Below are positions 30,042 to 35,815 of a DNA stretch of 35,815 nt, in pieces. The notes under the pieces were generated by a model. That model did no database searches. It was not told where the DNA came from and saw only the letters and a list, made by a program, of their open reading frames with translations. The translations under genes and the position numbers were made by a program. Each line of letters begins with the position of its first letter. Position 1 is the stretch's first letter. Source of the stretch: Luminiphilus sp. (lineage in GTDB: Bacteria > Pseudomonadota > Gammaproteobacteria > Pseudomonadales > Halieaceae); the NCBI GenBank assembly GCA_022425845.1, contig JAKMEU010000135.1, positions 1-35,815 on the forward strand, read 5' to 3'.

Positions 30042-32913
30042 CCGCGCAGCGGTGCCTCCATCCCTGGGCGCCACACTCGAACGAAGCTGGGCCCTGCTGA
30101 CCGACCAGCTCAGCCCGGAGCTTCTAGAACAATTGAACCAAGCGCTGGACGCCCGCGAACTGGCTGCAGAATTTGATTGCCTGCTGGCCACCAGTGAGTT
30201 TTTTCGTGATCAGTTCCTGAGACATGCCGACTGGGCTGTGGGTGAACTGGCAGAGCAGGGGCTTTTCCAGACGTCTCCTTCCGGACCGGAAGCCTGGCAG
30301 CGGGGCCTTGAGCGCCTGATCGGAGATCAAGCCAGCGAAGACCATGTTATGTCGGCCCTGCGGATATTTCGCAATCGGCACATGCTACGCATTGTTGCCT
30401 GTGAATTGACGGGCCGGGCAACCCTGGAGGACACTTTTCGCGATCTCACGCTGCTGGCCGATACCACCATTCGGTTTGCCGTGGACTGGGCCACCAACAG
30501 GCTGGCGGAGCGCTTTGGTCGGCCCGTGGGGGAATGGTCCGGTGAGATACAGGAATTGGTGGTTCTGGGGATGGGCAAACTGGGTGGCTGCGAGCTCAAT
30601 CTCTCTTCTGATATCGACCTGATTTACTGCTACCCCGAGTCAGGCGAAACCCAGGGTGGCCGAAAAAGCCTCAGCAACCAGGAGTTCTTTATCCGGGTAG
30701 GCCAGCAGGTGATCAAGCTGCTCGATGCCAAAACGGTTGATGGCTTTGTCTTTCGCGTCGACATGCGACTTAGGCCCTTTGGCAGCAGCGGGCCGCTGGT
30801 AGTCAACTACAACGCGCTGGAAGTTTACTATCAGCAACACGGTCGGGACTGGGAACGCTACGCGATGATCAAAGCCCGGTGCATCACCGGCTCGGCCGCC
30901 AACAAAAAACCTATTGCCGATTTAAAGCGCGCCTTTGTGTACCGACGGTACACCGACTTTGGTGCCCTGCATGCGCTGCGGGAAATGCGTGAAATGATTA
31001 CTGCAGAGACGTTGCGGCGTAGTCTGCAGGACAATATCAAGCGCGGTCACGGCGGGATTCGCGAAGTGGAATTCATCGTCCAGTGCAAACAACTGATTCA
31101 CGGTGGGCGTAATCCCGAGCTTCAGGTCGAGCCATTACAAATTGCTTGCAGCCAGCTGGAGGCCCTGGAATTTATCAGTACTGATGACCGGCAGGGGCTT
31201 CTGTCGGCCTATCGTTTTCTCAGACGCCTTGAAAATATCCTGCAGGGGCTGGGGGATACCCAGACCCAGGAGCTGCCGGGCGACAATCTGGTCAGACAGC
31301 AGGTTGCATTCCTGATGGGATATCCCGACTGGTCGACACTGCTCCCGGTGATTGGCGAGGTTCGGGATGCTGTGGCGGGTTACTTCCGTGAGTTGGTCAC
31401 CCTGCCCGATGGTGATTTGCCGGATGTGGATACCATCAAGGGCCTCCAGTTTTCCGAACTGTCCAGCGCCACCCTGGCGGACCGGGGGTTCTGTGAGCCG
31501 GATAAGAGCTGGCAAGCAATCGAAGACCTCATGCAGGGGGGGCGCGTGCGCGCGGCCCAGAATGAGAGCCGCCGTCGACTTGAGTTATTTTTGCCCCAGC
31601 TGGTAGCGGCAGCGGCACAAACGCCCAACCCTGATCTGGCCCTCAGCCGAACCCTGGCATTCACCAGTGCGGTCCTTCGCCGTAGCGCTTACCTGGTCAT
31701 GATGAGCGAACACCCCCAAGCTCTTGAGAACCTGGTGTTCCTGAATCTGGCGAGCCCCTGGATTGCCCGCAAGCTGGCTAATCGTCCTGAGCTCGTAGAA
31801 GAGCTGCTGCATGAGGATCGTCTCTACAGCGCACCCAATCGCCATGAGATGGCTGCGATGGTTCAGGACCAGCTGCTGCGGGTGCCTGAAGACGATCTGG
31901 AGCAGCAAATGCACGCTATGGCTCGTATAAAGGAGGCGGTAGTTCTCAGGGTGGCGGCCAGTGAGCTGCGTGGAGACCTGCCATTGATGAAAGCCAGCGA
32001 CAATCTCACTTATCTCGCAGAGGTGATGGTGGCGCAGGCGATCCAGGTCGCCCGGGCCGAATTGGTCTCCCGCCACGGGGAGCCACAGGGTGACAATATC
32101 GGCTTTGCCGTCATGGGCTATGGAAAGCTGGGTGGTATCGAGCTGGGCTACGGTTCCGATCTCGATATTGTGTTCGTTTTAGAGGGTTCGGGGGGCGCCA
32201 CCGCCGGCCCTCGGGTGATTGACAATGACCGCTTCTTTACCCGGCTGGCACAGCGGGCGGTACACGTACTGTCCACCAATGTTGCCCAGGGGCAGCTGTA
32301 TGAGGTTGATCTCCGGTTGCGGCCAGACGGTGGGTCGGGCCTGCCCTGTGTGACCTTCGACAGTTTCAGGAAGTACCAGAATGAGTCGGCCTGGACATGG
32401 GAGCACCAGGCTCTGGTGAGAGCACGACCCGTCGCGGGCTCCGGCGCGCTGTGCCAGCGCCTTGAGGCCCTTCGGATTGAAGTTCTGTGCCAGGCGCGGG
32501 AGCCGGACACCCTCCTTGATGAGGTGGTCAGTATGCGAGCTCGGATGTTCACAGGGGCGCAAAGTCGACTGGACGCGGGGCCAGAGGCCTTTGATATCAA
32601 GCGCGATCCGGGTGGGATTGTAGATATTGAATTTATTGTGCAGTTTCTTGTGCTGCGCTTTGCACGGGATAATCCCGCGTTGGCTGTGGCGACGGATGTG
32701 GTCAGGTTGTTGGCGGCCTTAGCCGAACATGACTTGCTGTCGGCGGAGGATGCCGACACACTGCGCGCAGCATATTTGGCATATCGTGCTGAAGTGCATC
32801 GAGCCGTATTGGAAGATGTCGAGCCACTGGGCAATCGCTCAATGTTCGCGGGGCAACTCGAAGCCGTGATGCGTATCCGGGATCGAGTTCTGCCGGGCCT
32901 TGGGGCAGACTGA
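30034..32913 (+). CDS. glnE: Bifunctional glutamine synthetase adenylyltransferase/adenylyl-removing enzyme
   Basis: Two nucleotidyltransferase motifs (MGKLGGCELNLSSDIDL and YGKLGGIELGYGSDLD), RVDMRLRPFG and EVDLRLRPDG, WTWEHQAL. Confidence 0.97.
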   Translation: MTDRAAVPPSLGATLERSWALLTDQLSPELLEQLNQALDARELAAEFDCLLATSEFFRDQFLRHADWAVGELAEQGLFQTSPSGPEAWQRGLERLIGDQASEDHVMSALRIFRNRHMLRIVACELTGRATLEDTFRDLTLLADTTIRFAVDWATNRLAERFGRPVGEWSGEIQELVVLGMGKLGGCELNLSSDIDLIYCYPESGETQGGRKSLSNQEFFIRVGQQVIKLLDAKTVDGFVFRVDMRLRPFGSSGPLVVNYNALEVYYQQHGRDWERYAMIKARCITGSAANKKPIADLKRAFVYRRYTDFGALHALREMREMITAETLRRSLQDNIKRGHGGIREVEFIVQCKQLIHGGRNPELQVEPLQIACSQLEALEFISTDDRQGLLSAYRFLRRLENILQGLGDTQTQELPGDNLVRQQVAFLMGYPDWSTLLPVIGEVRDAVAGYFRELVTLPDGDLPDVDTIKGLQFSELSSATLADRGFCEPDKSWQAIEDLMQGGRVRAAQNESRRRLELFLPQLVAAAAQTPNPDLALSRTLAFTSAVLRRSAYLVMMSEHPQALENLVFLNLASPWIARKLANRPELVEELLHEDRLYSAPNRHEMAAMVQDQLLRVPEDDLEQQMHAMARIKEAVVLRVAASELRGDLPLMKASDNLTYLAEVMVAQAIQVARAELVSRHGEPQGDNIGFAVMGYGKLGGIELGYGSDLDIVFVLEGSGGATAGPRVIDNDRFFTRLAQRAVHVLSTNVAQGQLYEVDLRLRPDGGSGLPCVTFDSFRKYQNESAWTWEHQALVRARPVAGSGALCQRLEALRIEVLCQAREPDTLLDEVVSMRARMFTGAQSRLDAGPEAFDIKRDPGGIVDIEFIVQFLVLRFARDNPALAVATDVVRLLAALAEHDLLSAEDADTLRAAYLAYRAEVHRAVLEDVEPLGNRSMFAGQLEAVMRIRDRVLPGLGAD

Positions 32914-32956
32914 AGCGAGACGTCACGCGGAATGTGGGTGTTGGAGAGGAAATAAC

Positions 32957-33886
32957 ATGGACCTGTCAAAACTGAGCGGGAAAATTTGGCTCGACGGTGA
33001 GCTCGTGCCCTGGGAAGAGGCGAAGGTGCATGTCCTGACCCATACCTTCCATTATGGGCTCGGGGTCTTCGAGGGGGTCAGGGCCTATAGCACGCCCGAC
33101 AGGGGAACCTGCATCTTCCGATTGGAAGAGCACACGGATCGACTGTTTCGCTCCGCGAAAATCCTGCAGATGAACATGCCCTGGGATAAGGACACGCTCA
33201 ACGCGGCACAGCGGGAGGTAGTGCGGGTCAATGGCCTGGAGGAGGGCTATCTGCGCCCCATGTGCTTTCTGGGCTCTGAAGGCATGGGGCTGCGGGCGGA
33301 CAACCTGCAAACCCACGTCATGGTGGCGGCATGGCCCTGGCCTTCCTATATGGACCCGGAAGCCCGTGACAGGGGCATCGCAGTGCGCACCTCCAGTTAC
33401 ACCCGTCATCACGTGAACATCACCATGTGCAAGGCCAAGGCCAATGGCAACTACATCAACTCCATCCTCGCGCTGCGTGAGGCCATAGACAGTGGCTGTG
33501 AAGAAGCACTCATGCTCGACAATGAGGGTTATGTGGCTGAGGGCAGCGGCGAGAACTTCTTCATGGTTCGCGACGGAATTATTTACACCCCGGACCTGAC
33601 GTCCTGCCTGGACGGCATTACGCGCAATGCCATATTCCGGATAGCGGCCGATGAAGGCTATGAGGTGCGCGAAAAGCGCATTACCCGTGACGAGGTTTAT
33701 ATCTGTGACGAGGCTTTTTTCACCGGCACGGCAGCGGAGGTTGTGCCCGTTCGGGAGCTCGATAACCGCCCCATCGGCGAAGGGTGTCGTGGCCCCGTGA
33801 CTGAAAAACTCCAGCGTATTTATTTTGAAACGGTACGGGGAGGGCAGGCGCGCTATAGCGAATGGCTGACACCCGTAGCCGATTGA
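32957..33886 (+). CDS. ilvE: Branched-chain amino acid aminotransferase
   Basis: HYGLGVFEGVRAY, KAKANGNY (PLP lysine), EGSGEN.F, LDGITR, FFTGTAAEV. GGAGAGGA lies before ATG 32957. Confidence 0.97.
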   Translation: MDLSKLSGKIWLDGELVPWEEAKVHVLTHTFHYGLGVFEGVRAYSTPDRGTCIFRLEEHTDRLFRSAKILQMNMPWDKDTLNAAQREVVRVNGLEEGYLRPMCFLGSEGMGLRADNLQTHVMVAAWPWPSYMDPEARDRGIAVRTSSYTRHHVNITMCKAKANGNYINSILALREAIDSGCEEALMLDNEGYVAEGSGENFFMVRDGIIYTPDLTSCLDGITRNAIFRIAADEGYEVREKRITRDEVYICDEAFFTGTAAEVVPVRELDNRPIGEGCRGPVTEKLQRIYFETVRGGQARYSEWLTPVAD

Positions 33887-33908
33887 TTAGGATTAGGCGA
33901 GGTTCACT

Positions 33909-34736
33909 GTGACGAAGGTTTCACTTGAGACACTGCCCTGCGGTATTCGCTATCGCCACTGGGCCCCGGATGGCGAACCCAAAGCGGCCGTAGTGCTTGT
34001 GCACGGATTGGGAGAACACAGTGGACGCTATCAGCATGTGGCTGAAGCTTTTATCGCCAGGGGTTTTGCGGTGGTCGCCCCGGATCATATGGGGCACGGC
34101 GAATCCCCGGGGGAGCGGGTGTTTGTTTCGCACTTTGATGACTACCTGGCGGGTGTGCGGGAATGCCGTCAGCTTATTTCCAGCCACTACCCGGAGCGCC
34201 CCTGTTTTATTTTGGGGCATAGCATGGGGGGGTTGATCACTGCCCGCCTGTTACTCGAGGATCAGGCCCAGTATCAGGGCGCCTTGTTCAGTGGTCCTGC
34301 CTTTGCAGCGGGTGAGCCGCCACCCGCTCCGGTCATGTGGATCGGTCGTCTGCTCGCGAAACTTCTGCCTCGCATGGGCATGCTGGCCCTCGACGGGTCA
34401 GGGGTGAGTCGTGACCCCAAAGTGGTTGCCGCCTATGAGGCTGATCCGCTGGTTAATCATGGCAAAGTGACAGCGGGACTGGGGATCGCTATTTTTGACG
34501 CCATGGATCAGGTTATGAATCAGGCAGGTACATTGACGCTGCCCATGCTGATCATGCACGGGGGGGCCGATACCCTTGCCGCACCCGCGGGCTCCGAGGC
34601 CTTTGCGGAAAGAGTGACGGCGAAGGATGTCAGCCTGCAAATATTACCGGGCCTGTACCACGAGATTTTCAATGAGCCCGAGGGCGAGGGCATCGTCGCG
34701 ACCTACGCAGACTGGATTGAGGCCCGTTTGCCTTGA
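33909..34736 (+). CDS. Alpha/beta hydrolase, monoacylglycerol lipase/lysophospholipase family
   Basis: VHGLGEHSGRY, DHMGHGES, nucleophile GHSMGG, HGGAD, YHEIFNE (Ser-Asp-His triad). Confidence 0.9.
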   Translation: MTKVSLETLPCGIRYRHWAPDGEPKAAVVLVHGLGEHSGRYQHVAEAFIARGFAVVAPDHMGHGESPGERVFVSHFDDYLAGVRECRQLISSHYPERPCFILGHSMGGLITARLLLEDQAQYQGALFSGPAFAAGEPPPAPVMWIGRLLAKLLPRMGMLALDGSGVSRDPKVVAAYEADPLVNHGKVTAGLGIAIFDAMDQVMNQAGTLTLPMLIMHGGADTLAAPAGSEAFAERVTAKDVSLQILPGLYHEIFNEPEGEGIVATYADWIEARLP

Positions 34737-35617
34737 GCCATCGTGTCCTGCTCTGCGGCGCTGGCGGACAGTTGGGGCAGGAGCTGTTGTTCACCCGCCC
34801 CGGGCACTGGGAGTGCTTTGCCAGGGATCGGACGGCACTTGATATTGCAGACCCCGACCAGATCGCGTCTGCCCTTGAGGAAACTGGGGCTCAATGGGTG
34901 ATCAATGCCGCAGCCTTCACGGCAGTTGATGCTGCGGAAACAGACCGGGATGGTGCCTGGCAGGGCAATGCGGTCGGTCCGGGGCAACTCGCTGAAGCCT
35001 GCTACACCCGGGGTGTGCGATTGCTCCACATTTCCACCGATTTTGTTTTCGACGGCGAACAGGGCAGGCCCTACGGCCCTGACGATGTGCCCAACCCACT
35101 GGGGGTTTATGGACACAGCAAATTGGAGGGCGAGCGCGCGGTACTGGCGACCGGGGGCGATCCGCTGGTGATTCGAACCGGTTGGGTTTACTCGCGCCAC
35201 GGCGGTAACTTCGTCAAAACCATGCTGCGACTTATGGCGGAGCGTGATGCGTTGTCGGTGGTGGAGGATCAGGTGGGTACCCCCACCTGGGCCCGTGGAC
35301 TGGCGGAAGCCTGCTGGGACCTGATCGAATGCAAAGCGGCCTCGGGCATCTATCACTGGAGCGATGCCGGTGTCTGCAGCTGGTACGATTTCGCCCTGGC
35401 CATCGCCGAGCTGGCGCAGGAACAGGGGTTGTTGGACAGGTCAGCTGAGATCACACCGATCTCGTCACGGGATTACCCAACCCCGGCACAGCGCCCGGCT
35501 TACAGTGTGTTGGACAAATCTCGGATACGCCAGCTGCTGGGGCGGCCGAGCCGTCACTGGCGAATGCAGCTGAAAGCCATGCTGTCTGACTTACAAAACA
35601 AGGAAACTTCTAACTGA
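34733..35617 (+). CDS. rmlD: dTDP-4-dehydrorhamnose reductase
   Basis: GAGGQLG, NAAAFTAVDAAE, HISTDFVFDG, YGHSK, DQVGTPT, RPAYSVLD. Confidence 0.95.
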   Translation: MSHRVLLCGAGGQLGQELLFTRPGHWECFARDRTALDIADPDQIASALEETGAQWVINAAAFTAVDAAETDRDGAWQGNAVGPGQLAEACYTRGVRLLHISTDFVFDGEQGRPYGPDDVPNPLGVYGHSKLEGERAVLATGGDPLVIRTGWVYSRHGGNFVKTMLRLMAERDALSVVEDQVGTPTWARGLAEACWDLIECKAASGIYHWSDAGVCSWYDFALAIAELAQEQGLLDRSAEITPISSRDYPTPAQRPAYSVLDKSRIRQLLGRPSRHWRMQLKAMLSDLQNKETSN

Positions 35618-35815
35618 TGAAAAGGTCACTCATGGTCACCGGTGCCGCGGGATTTATCGGCGCCAATTTTGTCTATCACTGGGCGCGGAATCACCCCGAG
35701 GATACGCTGGTGGCTTACGATGCCCTGACCTATGCCGGTAATCGCGCCTCCCTGAAGCCTCTGGAGGAGAGCGGGCAGCTGGTCTTCGTACAGGGCGATA
35801 TCTGCGACAGCATAC
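35617..35815 (+). CDS. rmlB: dTDP-glucose 4,6-dehydratase, 5' portion (runs off the window edge)
   Basis: Not in the ORF track. ATG overlapping the rmlD stop (TGATG) reads MKRSLMVTGAAGFIGANFVYHW...YDALTYAGN...FVQGDICD. Confidence 0.92.
   Translation, partial: MKRSLMVTGAAGFIGANFVYHWARNHPEDTLVAYDALTYAGNRASLKPLEESGQLVFVQGDICDSI

Noticed and set aside
32148-32969. 273-aa antisense ORF opposite glnE, and similar ones opposite leuA, argA and rmlD
   Set aside because: Ser/Arg/Ala-rich composition expected of antisense frames; each lies essentially within a well-supported gene.

Overview
A compact, GC-rich core-genome window from a gammaproteobacterium. Gene content and order resemble Pseudomonadales/Cellvibrionales; marine Halieaceae (OM60/NOR5) is a plausible but unproven source. 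In order: the 5' end of def; a LysM(TsaP-like)-dprA-tsaC-hemF-aroE block; a gamma-carbonic-anhydrase-like gene and a YheV zinc-ribbon gene; an A1-type cytochrome c oxidase cluster (coxB with a fused heme c domain, coxA, ctaG, coxC, DUF2909, SURF1, hypothetical, cyoE, SCO) running directly into polA; engB; cytochromes c5 and c4 plus dsbA; a divergent Lrp/leuA pair; a membrane GGDEF protein; a lipoprotein; ilvD-argA-argE on the minus strand; and an orphan GspE/PilB ATPase-glnE-ilvE-hydrolase-rmlD-rmlB' run. I saw no mobile elements, CRISPR arrays, rRNA or tRNA, and I cannot support a clearly novel multi-gene system. The best leads are: (i) heme A synthase (ctaA/cox15) is cleanly missing from its usual slot in the oxidase cluster; (ii) a long, highly structured coxB leader lies downstream of an inverted repeat covering the -35; (iii) the oxidase operon and the c5/c4/dsbA operon share a TTTGTYTATAAT-N5-GCGCT promoter signature; (iv) a stand-alone secretion ATPase overlaps glnE. 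All product calls rest on motif recognition, not database searches. Comparisons with other genomes are from recall and need checking.
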